Source: an uncultured Gemmatimonadota bacterium (GTDB taxonomy: Bacteria; Gemmatimonadota; Gemmatimonadetes; Palauibacterales; KS3-K002). From it: DNA of 64,000 nt. Shown here piece by piece: positions 29,206 to 36,706 of the stretch. The notes under the pieces are model-generated. The model was not told where the DNA came from. It was given only the letters and a program-made list of their open reading frames with translations, and did not search any database. The stretch is taken from contig CAYFSW010000091.1 in assembly GCA_964345885.1 (NCBI GenBank), positions 25,485 through 89,484 of the forward strand, read 5' to 3'. Both the position numbers and the translations under genes were made by a program. Positions within the stretch are counted from its first letter, which is position 1; every line of letters starts with the position of its first letter.

Positions 29206-29397
29206 CTAGTCGGTGATCTCTACATCCGTCGGGCCGTCGACGGTCCACTCGAAGCAGATCCGATATTGATCATTTATGCGGATACTGTGCTGTCCAGACC
29301 GATCGCCCCTCAGCTTCTGCAGCCTGTTTCCCTGCGGAACCCTCAGGTCCTTCAGGAACCTCGCCCGGTTGAGGTGATCCAACTTACGCTGAGCCAC
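29206..29397 (-). CDS. higB: HigB/RelE-family toxin. Called from the first canonical start (GTG); a conserved N-terminal segment extends in frame to ~29496 without any ATG/GTG/TTG.
   Basis: ...LRVPQGNRLQKLRGDRSGQHSIRINDQYRICFEW...VEITD matches the HigB (PF05015) core. The upstream in-frame sequence VIRSFADPATSDI... matches the HigB N-terminal 'MIRSF' motif but lacks a start codon. Confidence 0.7.
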   Translation of the reverse strand: MAQRKLDHLNRARFLKDLRVPQGNRLQKLRGDRSGQHSIRINDQYRICFEWTVDGPTDVEITD

Positions 29398-29589
29398 CGG
29401 CCAGACTTGCAGAGGACACTTCCTGCGTGCCCTTTGGGTTGGGTGCCCGTTGCAGATATCGCTCGTGGCCGGATCAGCGAACGAGCGGATGACGTTGTAC
29501 TATTATACGGTATAACGATATAACCCTCAACCAACACCATCCCACCACCCGGAGGTGGACGACGCCGCGCAATCCGGGCGTCACCCTCA

Positions 29590-29710
29590 CGATCACCGTC
29601 TCGCGGCCCACAGAATCGAGAGGATCGGCTCACGCTGGCCGGGGCGGAACTTGCCGTACCCGAAGTACCTCCGGAGAGCGGAACGCGCCCCTGAGCACAC
29701 CGGCCAAGGT
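29590..29710 (-). pseudogene. Diverged duplicate of the recQ start region (RBS, GTG and ~35 codons), a pseudogene fragment
   Basis: ~80% nucleotide identity to 28681-28800. It translates to VCSGARSALRRYFGYGKFRPGQREPILSILWAARR*, compared with RecQ MWSEARSALQRHFGYGDFRPGQREAILSILRGRD. Confidence 0.6.
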
Positions 29711-29739
29711 TGGCCCGTGTGATCAACCGATTATCAAGA

Positions 29740-29781
29740 GGCCGGTGTACGGTATGCGGTATGCAGTATGCCGTGTGCGGT
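29740..29781. repeat. Heptad-phased CGGT tandem repeats (ggcCGGTgtaCGGTatgCGGTatgcagtatgccgtgtgCGGT)
   Basis: A direct 7-nt periodicity is visible in the sequence. Related arrays occur at 35733-35760 and 50148-50184. Confidence 0.5.
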
Positions 29782-29873
29782 TAGAAGTCAGAACGGCAGG
29801 CCCGAGCGGCGGCAAGTCACCGTAGTGCGCGCGCCGCCTCGCTCCCGAGACAGTCCTGGGGCGCGCGTAGGCT

Positions 29874-32102
29874 TTATCGCGCGTGTATCACTACGCTGCC
29901 GCCGCCGATCTCCTGGTCGAAGCCGTTGTCGTACACGTCGGCCTCGACGCCGGTGGTCTCGACTTCCTCCCAAATCCTGATCCGGAAGGTGTCGGCGTCT
30001 TTGTCACCAGCCCAGATCATGAACTTGTAGTCGCCGGTGCCGTTAATCATGCCCGACCCCTTTAACAGCGCGTAGTCGCTGCCGGTAACGATCAGCCACT
30101 CGTAGTCGATGCTGTGCAGGTTGAGGCCGGCCAGGTGGAACTGGAACTCCGCCTGGCCGGTGGGCACCTCCGCGCCCTTCTTGTACTTGGCGACGAAGCC
30201 GAAGTTGGCCCTGCCCGCCAGCGACGGGTCGGGCTCGTAAGCTCCCGCCGGCGAGTCGATCCAGCCGCCGCCGGTGACGAAGCCGGCGGTCGGGTCGTAG
30301 ACGACGACGTACGCGAAGACGGGCGAGAAGCCCGAGTCGCCATCGTTGTCGGTCACCGCCAGCCGGATCTCGTACAGCCCCGCCTCGTCATAGGTGTGGC
30401 TGTCGGTCACCGAGCCGGAGCCCGCCCCCTGCGTCACGGTTCCTGCCTCGCCGATTCCGGCGGGCCAATCCCAAACCCACTCGGCCGTGTGGGTGTCCAG
30501 CGTGCCAGGATCGGTGAAACCGGCTGATGCGATGATCGGCGTGCCCACCGAGACCAGGCTTAGCGGCGCAGCGATCGTGCCCACCGTCGGGGCGACGTTG
30601 TTAATGGTCGCGGTCGCGGTGGCCGAGCTCGACTGGCCGTCGTCGTCGGTCACCGTCAGCGTGACCGTGTACACCCCGTCGTCCAAGTAGGCGTGTTCCG
30701 GAGTCGAGCCGCTGCCCGTGGCGCCGTCGCCGAAATCCCAATCGAAACTCACGATGCTGCCGTCAGGATCGGCTGACCCGCCTCCATCGAACATCACGCG
30801 CGCGCCCTCGTCCCCCACATAGGGGCCGCCAGCGTCGGCGACCGGAGGCGCAGTGGCGGGGCCCGGAGGCACGACTAACCCGCTCAGCACGACCTCCGCC
30901 GTGAGCAGGAACGAGTGGTAGCAGCAGTCGTCCACGTGAGTGATGAGGACGGTGTTCACCTCGCCGCTGACCACATAATCCTTCAGGTCGGCGGTACCGC
31001 TACCGCCCCGGTACACGAAGCTGCCGGGCACGACGAGTCCGTCGGGATACTGCGAGTTGTAGATCGACACGCGTATGCCGTCGTCTATTCCCGAAGTGCT
31101 GATCCTGAAATCGGCGAGCCACGCATCAGGCGGAATGTCGACGTACGTGCGGAAGTAAGTGAAGTCGCCCCCGTATCGGCAGTTACATACACCACACAGA
31201 GTGGATGGGATCTGCTGGTAGTTGATGACTTCGGGATCGGGCGCAGCGCCCCAACCGGGATCGTCAGGTGATGGAATTGTCGCGTACGTATACTCTATCG
31301 GATCCCCGTGTTGTGCCGTCTCGAACCCCCATTCGACGACCCCTTCGCCGTGGTGCATCTCCCACGGCGTCCGGGTGGGGGGCGGGCCCGCCGGCGGGAT
31401 GAAGGCGACGTCGTCCATCACCCACCAACAGCCATACGGAAAGGAACAACTTCTTCGCAGAACTACACTATCGACAGGGCTATCGAAGTCGGCCGGCACC
31501 CACTGCATGGTCGGCGTCAACGTGATGTGAGCTGACTCGCCGACCTTCGTCGTCCCGTGGTATCCCTCGAACCAGAACTCCACAACGTAGTTGTACATCG
31601 GCGCTGGCTTGCCCACCCACGCACCGGAAAAGGTCACAGGCTGTTGGACGGTTATGTGCTCAGCGTCACGCCCACCGGCGTTGAACAGGAACACCTGACC
31701 AGAATGAGGCTGCCCGTACGAGCCGTTGTTCCAGTGGTAGACACCGGAAGTACCCTGCGGACCCGCCGAGAAGGTGACCCCCAGGTACGGGTTGTGCTCA
31801 GCCATCGTGTGGAAACCACTGCCCGAATCGTTAAGGTCCTCGAAATCGAGGACTCTCGCGCCAGTCGGGACCAAACTGACACTGGCCGCCGCTGTACTCT
31901 CTTCTTGCCTTGGTGACAGGGACTGCGCCGCCAGCTCCTCTGGAGTCATGCCAGTCAGCTCGAAAAAGCTGCCCCCGGAGGTCTCGGAAAAAGCCACTCC
32001 GGTCGGCGGGCCGGTCAGTTCGCCCGACTCGTCACGACAACCTGTCGCCAGCAGAAGACCCGTCAGGCCGACCAACAGCGTACGTGTAGGCGTCTTCTTC
32101 AC
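29874..32102 (-). CDS. PKD-domain-containing secreted lipoprotein
   Basis: A GTG start gives MKKTPTRTLLVGLTGLLLATGC (lipobox). Two PKD-like modules (FDWDFGDGATGSGSTPEHAYLDDGVYTVTLTVTDDDG; ...SHTYDEAGLYEIRLAVTDNDG). Confidence 0.75.
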   Translation of the reverse strand: MKKTPTRTLLVGLTGLLLATGCRDESGELTGPPTGVAFSETSGGSFFELTGMTPEELAAQSLSPRQEESTAAASVSLVPTGARVLDFEDLNDSGSGFHTMAEHNPYLGVTFSAGPQGTSGVYHWNNGSYGQPHSGQVFLFNAGGRDAEHITVQQPVTFSGAWVGKPAPMYNYVVEFWFEGYHGTTKVGESAHITLTPTMQWVPADFDSPVDSVVLRRSCSFPYGCWWVMDDVAFIPPAGPPPTRTPWEMHHGEGVVEWGFETAQHGDPIEYTYATIPSPDDPGWGAAPDPEVINYQQIPSTLCGVCNCRYGGDFTYFRTYVDIPPDAWLADFRISTSGIDDGIRVSIYNSQYPDGLVVPGSFVYRGGSGTADLKDYVVSGEVNTVLITHVDDCCYHSFLLTAEVVLSGLVVPPGPATAPPVADAGGPYVGDEGARVMFDGGGSADPDGSIVSFDWDFGDGATGSGSTPEHAYLDDGVYTVTLTVTDDDGQSSSATATATINNVAPTVGTIAAPLSLVSVGTPIIASAGFTDPGTLDTHTAEWVWDWPAGIGEAGTVTQGAGSGSVTDSHTYDEAGLYEIRLAVTDNDGDSGFSPVFAYVVVYDPTAGFVTGGGWIDSPAGAYEPDPSLAGRANFGFVAKYKKGAEVPTGQAEFQFHLAGLNLHSIDYEWLIVTGSDYALLKGSGMINGTGDYKFMIWAGDKDADTFRIRIWEEVETTGVEADVYDNGFDQEIGGGSVVIHAR

Positions 32103-32276
32103 CTCGCTCCCCTTTCCGCGTCGTGAGCACAGAACCTGGACACCCGCTTCCTGCCTGCACGCGACCGCCGATGGTGCCAGGCTGCTCGCCAACCTAGGGA
32201 CCGTTCTCTCGTGAGAATCGCTAGACTTCAGGGCGGGAGACTACTGGAGCCTGGAGGGAGGATCCGGCCGCACCAG

Positions 32277-32639
32277 CTAACTAAGGGCACATACTATGCC
32301 ATGTGCATTATTTTCCGGCCGATATCCAGAACAATTATGGGTGGCGATATGTGGCCTGTCTGGCAAGCGCACGGCTAGTTGCCGGATCGCGGCAGCTCGT
32401 ATTTGGCCCCTCGATACACCGTCACGGGACCGTGCTATGATCTCGGTGTCGTACGACGCGCCGGCGAGCCCGATGTGCACATCGGTGATCGAATCGACCG
32501 GCAGCCTGTGAGGGGAGCGGAGCTTGAGCTCGCCGTCGTAGAGGAGGCTCACCGTCCCGTCGGGCTCTATCTGCACAGCGTAGCGGTGCCAGCCCTCGGG
32601 CTCCGCAGGATATGGAGCCGTCTCCCAAGAACCCGTCAC
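32277..32639 (-). CDS. Hypothetical protein (in the lower-GC islet)
   Basis: An ORF with high GC3 in its 5' two-thirds. No recognisable motifs. Confidence 0.35.
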   Translation of the reverse strand: MTGSWETAPYPAEPEGWHRYAVQIEPDGTVSLLYDGELKLRSPHRLPVDSITDVHIGLAGASYDTEIIARSRDGVSRGQIRAAAIRQLAVRLPDRPHIATHNCSGYRPENNAHGIVCALS

Positions 32640-32703
32640 TTACTTCGGCTGTCCGAACACGAACGAGAACAGCTACCGCGCGTTTGCCTGGTGGCACGCG
32701 TTC

Positions 32704-33393
32704 ATGCCCCATATCCCGGTCGATGCCAGCACCGGTCAGGTGACGGTCTACTGGCAGGGTCAGCGCAGAAATGACCTCGGATCGCCCGAGTGGGATTTGA
32801 TGCCTGACCTGGACCCGTTGGGGTCGGACGACAGCTTCGTGTTCACGTACGCCTACAAGGCTAAGAATGGAGATGGCTGGGACCACCTCCCTGGCGAAGC
32901 GGCGAGCTACCTCGGTCGCGCCCCGCTGCCGCCGGCGTACACGGTACTCGATGCGTTCCAGACTCTGACCGTGAGGGGACGAGGTAAGAAGGACCCCGAC
33001 CGAACCTGGGTTCGCTTCGAGGCGCAGACGTTCGCGGATCTGGAAGATCACTCAGAGTATACCAGTATCGCTGCGACACACAGATTCCTGGTCACTGAAC
33101 CGGGTGGCTCGCGGTATCTTCCCGCAATTAGGTCGACCGGTATCAACCCCGACGACCCGGTCGAGCCCAACTTTCACAAGGAAGAGTTTGAGGCTGAGTA
33201 CCTCACTGAGCATGGTTGTCACCAGATAGACCTGATCGGCGTTTACAGGCGCTCATACACTCCTTCCGAATACGACGGCAAGGACTACGTTTGGGACTCG
33301 ACGCTCGACGGCGCGGATCCGGGACCGGTATCCTTCCATTACGACGCCTCCACGAGAGAGGTGACGTTTTACAGCACGCCGGGTTGCTCGTAG
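32704..33393 (+). CDS. Hypothetical protein (in the lower-GC islet)
   Basis: A 229-aa ORF with moderate GC3 bias. No recognisable motifs. Confidence 0.45.
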   Translation: MPHIPVDASTGQVTVYWQGQRRNDLGSPEWDLMPDLDPLGSDDSFVFTYAYKAKNGDGWDHLPGEAASYLGRAPLPPAYTVLDAFQTLTVRGRGKKDPDRTWVRFEAQTFADLEDHSEYTSIAATHRFLVTEPGGSRYLPAIRSTGINPDDPVEPNFHKEEFEAEYLTEHGCHQIDLIGVYRRSYTPSEYDGKDYVWDSTLDGADPGPVSFHYDASTREVTFYSTPGCS

Positions 33394-33426
33394 CAGAACG
33401 AGGCCCCCAGGCCCGCCGCCGCGGCC

Positions 33427-35721
33427 CTAGAGTTGCGGCGGCCGTAGAACGAGTCGGTTGGCGGTGTTCGCCTCCACCGCCTCGCGGGTAAACAAGAGCG
33501 GGAAATAGCGACCCTCCGCCCAGAGCGGGAGCAGGTCGCCGTAGTGCGGGCTCGCCGGCTGGCCCGACTGGCCGGGTGTGCTGGTGGCGACCGAGCGGTC
33601 CCAGTCGGCGAGGTCGATGATCTCGCGGAACGAGGCGCCGCTCCGCCGGCCGGCGACGTTCACCGTGGTGCCATCGCCGCTACGCTCGACCGTCGGCAGG
33701 TCGTAGGCAAAGACACCCAGCGGATGGGGGAACGCCAGCGCGTTCATCGGACCCCAGCGCCAGGCCGTCCAGTCGCTCCCCTGCTCCGCCTCGAGTCGGG
33801 CGACCGCCGCCGCCAGCGCCGCCTCGAGCAACGAGTCGCGCAGCGCCACGGGCGTCGCCTCGCGCAGCGCGCGCCGGTCGAGCGTATCGCGCCAGGTGTG
33901 GTAGAGCGCCGCCGCGGGGCTGTCACGGTCGATCCGCTTGTCCCACTCGACGAGCATGCGCCGCGCCCGCTCGGTCACCTCCGACGCGCCGCTCCAACCC
34001 TCGAGCGTGCGACAGGCGTTCGCCGCGGCGGACGAGTAGACGTCGAGCTGGAGCCGCTGGAAGCCCTCGACGTTGAAGCCGCGCCCCGCCGACAACACGT
34101 CCACTATTCGCAGGTATCGCCGCGGTGAGGCCCAATCGAAACCGAGGGGCGGCTCGTAACCCTCAGGCATGATGTTGTGGTTAGCGGTGGCGATGAAGCC
34201 GCGGGCCGGGTTGTACTCGCGGGGCAGCGCCTCGAGCGGCAGGAAGCCCTGCCACTCGTACTCGCCGGTGCCGGGTACCGGCAGTCGCCCGTACCAGCCG
34301 TCCCGCACGGGTGTGAGCCCGGCCGCCTGCCAGCCGATGTTCCCATCGACGTCGGCGTAGATCAGGTTTTCCGACGGGACCTTCCAGGCCTTCATCGCCT
34401 CGAGGTACTCGTCCCAATTCCGAGCCTGATCCACGCGGAGCGAGCCCAGGTAGCCGGCCGTACCGGGTTCGGCAAGCACCGAGCGGAAGGCGTAGGCGCG
34501 ATGGTCCACGGTGTCCTCGTAGAGGATCGGGCCGTGGCGGCTGAACTTGAGCTCGACGACGCGCGGCTCTTCACCTTTCACCCGGATCGTGTCGATCTCG
34601 ACGCGCAGCGGCTCCCAGCCGCCACGCCAGCGCACCTCGTTACGATTCTCCGGGTTCACTTCCTCGACCACAATGTCCTGCTGGTCGATCCCGACGATGG
34701 TGAGCCCCCAAGCGATCCGCTCGTTGTGGCCGATGGCCACGCCGGGGAGCGCCGGTTCGCCGGAGCCGATCACGTTCCAGCCCCGGCCGTTCAAGTGCAC
34801 GAGGTAGCGGAGCGAGGGCACGAGGATGGACCGGTGCGGGTCGTTGGCAAGCATCGGCGCCCCCGTCGCCGTCAGGGTGCCGGCCACCACCCAGTTGTTG
34901 CTGCCCTCGTCGCCCCTTACCGCAGGCGCCGCTTCGGTAGCCGACCGGTAGCGCTCGAGGAGCGGCGGCCGGGGCATCCCGGCGTAGGCCGCCCGGATGA
35001 TCTCGAGCACCGTGTCAGGAAGGGCCGAGACTTCGAGGCCCTGGGGCACCCGCAGCTCCTGCCACGGGTCGGGGTCATCGAGCCGGTTCGCCTCCTCGAC
35101 CCCCAATTGCCCGACTCGCAAGGCGAGCCGCAGCTCGCCGAGCGCGTTGTCGGTCATGGGTAAGCCCGCCATGCGCAGCAGCGGCACTGTAGCGGACCAG
35201 GGCTGCGGCTCGATCCCGGTCAGCACGAACTCCACCGGCGGATTCGCCCGGCTGTGCTCGATGAACGCGTTCACGCCTCTCACGAACGACGTGATGATCC
35301 GCTCGCCGTCCGGGTGATAGCTGGTCCACTCCGCCTCCATGTCGCCGCGGTAGCCGAGGAGGCGCGCCACCCGATCGCGCTCGAACGCCTCTGGCCCAAC
35401 GATCTCGGCGACCCGCCCTTCACCGACGCGCCGCCACATCTCCAGCTGCCACAATCGGTCCTGGGCGGCGACGAAGCCCTGGGCGAAGAAGAGGTCGTCC
35501 ACCGTCTGGGCGTAGATATGCGGCACGCCCCAGCGGTCGCGGAGGATCTCGACCTCCTGTTCGAGCCCGGCGAGCGTGATCGTGCCCTCGATCTGCGCGA
35601 GGGTCTCCTCCGCCATCTCCTCCAGCTTGCCGGGGTCACCGGGGCCGGGCCCGCAGAACGAGACCCCGATGGCCAGGACGAGAATGGGCAGCGTCCGCGT
35701 CAAACATGTCTGTTTACACAT
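33427..35721 (-). CDS. Penicillin-acylase-family (Ntn-hydrolase, S45) protein; possibly an acyl-homoserine-lactone or beta-lactam acylase
   Basis: An N-terminal signal and the alpha-subunit region. GDEGSNNWVVAGTLTATGAPMLANDPH carries the nucleophilic Ser of the beta-subunit (SNNW motif). Confidence 0.85.
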   Translation of the reverse strand: MCKQTCLTRTLPILVLAIGVSFCGPGPGDPGKLEEMAEETLAQIEGTITLAGLEQEVEILRDRWGVPHIYAQTVDDLFFAQGFVAAQDRLWQLEMWRRVGEGRVAEIVGPEAFERDRVARLLGYRGDMEAEWTSYHPDGERIITSFVRGVNAFIEHSRANPPVEFVLTGIEPQPWSATVPLLRMAGLPMTDNALGELRLALRVGQLGVEEANRLDDPDPWQELRVPQGLEVSALPDTVLEIIRAAYAGMPRPPLLERYRSATEAAPAVRGDEGSNNWVVAGTLTATGAPMLANDPHRSILVPSLRYLVHLNGRGWNVIGSGEPALPGVAIGHNERIAWGLTIVGIDQQDIVVEEVNPENRNEVRWRGGWEPLRVEIDTIRVKGEEPRVVELKFSRHGPILYEDTVDHRAYAFRSVLAEPGTAGYLGSLRVDQARNWDEYLEAMKAWKVPSENLIYADVDGNIGWQAAGLTPVRDGWYGRLPVPGTGEYEWQGFLPLEALPREYNPARGFIATANHNIMPEGYEPPLGFDWASPRRYLRIVDVLSAGRGFNVEGFQRLQLDVYSSAAANACRTLEGWSGASEVTERARRMLVEWDKRIDRDSPAAALYHTWRDTLDRRALREATPVALRDSLLEAALAAAVARLEAEQGSDWTAWRWGPMNALAFPHPLGVFAYDLPTVERSGDGTTVNVAGRRSGASFREIIDLADWDRSVATSTPGQSGQPASPHYGDLLPLWAEGRYFPLLFTREAVEANTANRLVLRPPQL

Positions 35722-35732
35722 TGGTGTCCCTG

Positions 35733-35834
35733 TGGCCGGTGGCCGGTGAGTCGGTAGCCGCTAATGGCCAATCGCCAGATAGGAACTGCAAATTACCGGC
35801 GCACCGGCCCACTGGCCACCGGCTACCGGCCAGG
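35733..35834. repeat. CGGT-heptad array plus an inverted copy, in a divergent promoter region
   Basis: gtggcCGGTggcCGGTgagtCGGTagccg (35733-35760), and its approximate reverse complement ccggcccactggccaccggctaccggcc (35796-35834). Confidence 0.5.
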
Positions 35835-36100
35835 GCACCTGCAAGACCAACTGGTGTAACAAGAAGCGGCCGTGCTCGGTGGGCTCAAAGCGGCCGCCGC
35901 TCCCCCTCCGGACGGCGTCCTCCAGGCGCTGGAAACCTTTATCAGAAGCGGGGCGAGGCGATTTGACAGTCCGTGCACGAAGTCCCTAACATTGTGGGAC
36001 GTACGGCTATACTGACCTTCCCCGCACAGGAGTAGGACCACTGGGCGCACAGTCCAACGGCGCAGCGCTCATCGGGCTGTTCTACGCGGAGCGAAACCGG

Positions 36101-36706
36101 GTGTATCCCCTCCGGGCACCCGTGATGTCGGTCGGCCGTGCTAATGCCAACACGCTGAGGATTCGCGATTCGCGGATCGCCGCCCACCACGTCCGCATAG
36201 AACGCGATGATGGCCACTTCGTCCTCGCCGTGATGGCGGACGACGCTCCGACCACGCTCAACGGTTCGGAGCTGCGGTCGGGTGACCGCCGGACCCTGAC
36301 GGAAGGGGACCTGATCGGGCTGGCCGACCTCGTGTTCCGATTCACCGACGATCACGGGGACGGGGTGCTCGGCCGCCTATGGGTCGTGGCTGGTGTCCAC
36401 CGGGGCAAGGTGTTCCGTATCGATCGGCCGGACTACGCGATTGGCCGCGCGACAGACAATGACGTCCAGTTCCCCGATCGTTCCGTGTCCAGGCATCACT
36501 GCCGGATTCATAAGAACGACCAGGCCTGGTGGATCGAAGATCTGGAGAGCACCAACGGTACGATACTGCACGGGGCGCCGCTGCAGGCGCCGGTGCGACT
36601 CGAGCATGGAGATGAGATAGCAACCGGGTTCTCGAGATTCGTTTTCCAGGACGGAGATCGACCGCTCGTGAGCCTCAGATTGGAGCCTACGCCGCCGTGC
36701 AACTGA
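36101..36706 (+). CDS. Tandem-FHA-domain protein
   Basis: Two FHA cores: (1) SVGRANANTLRIRDSRIAAHHVRIE...TTLNGSEL, and (2) AIGRATDNDVQFPDRSVSRHHCRI...STNGTILHG. GTG start. Confidence 0.8.
   Translation: MYPLRAPVMSVGRANANTLRIRDSRIAAHHVRIERDDGHFVLAVMADDAPTTLNGSELRSGDRRTLTEGDLIGLADLVFRFTDDHGDGVLGRLWVVAGVHRGKVFRIDRPDYAIGRATDNDVQFPDRSVSRHHCRIHKNDQAWWIEDLESTNGTILHGAPLQAPVRLEHGDEIATGFSRFVFQDGDRPLVSLRLEPTPPCN

Noticed and set aside
29352-29726. 124-aa minus-strand ORF spanning the higB upstream region and the recQ-fragment
   Set aside because: It is in the wrong frame relative to both the HigB N-terminal homology and the RecQ-like fragment. It has no motifs.
29743-29781. Possible CRISPR-like array, prompted by the short tandem 7-mers here and at 50197-50225
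   Set aside because: The repeats are only 7 nt, are contiguous with no spacers, and no cas genes are nearby. This is not a CRISPR.
34177-35163. 328-aa plus-strand ORF
   Set aside because: Antisense to the penicillin-acylase gene; a shadow ORF.
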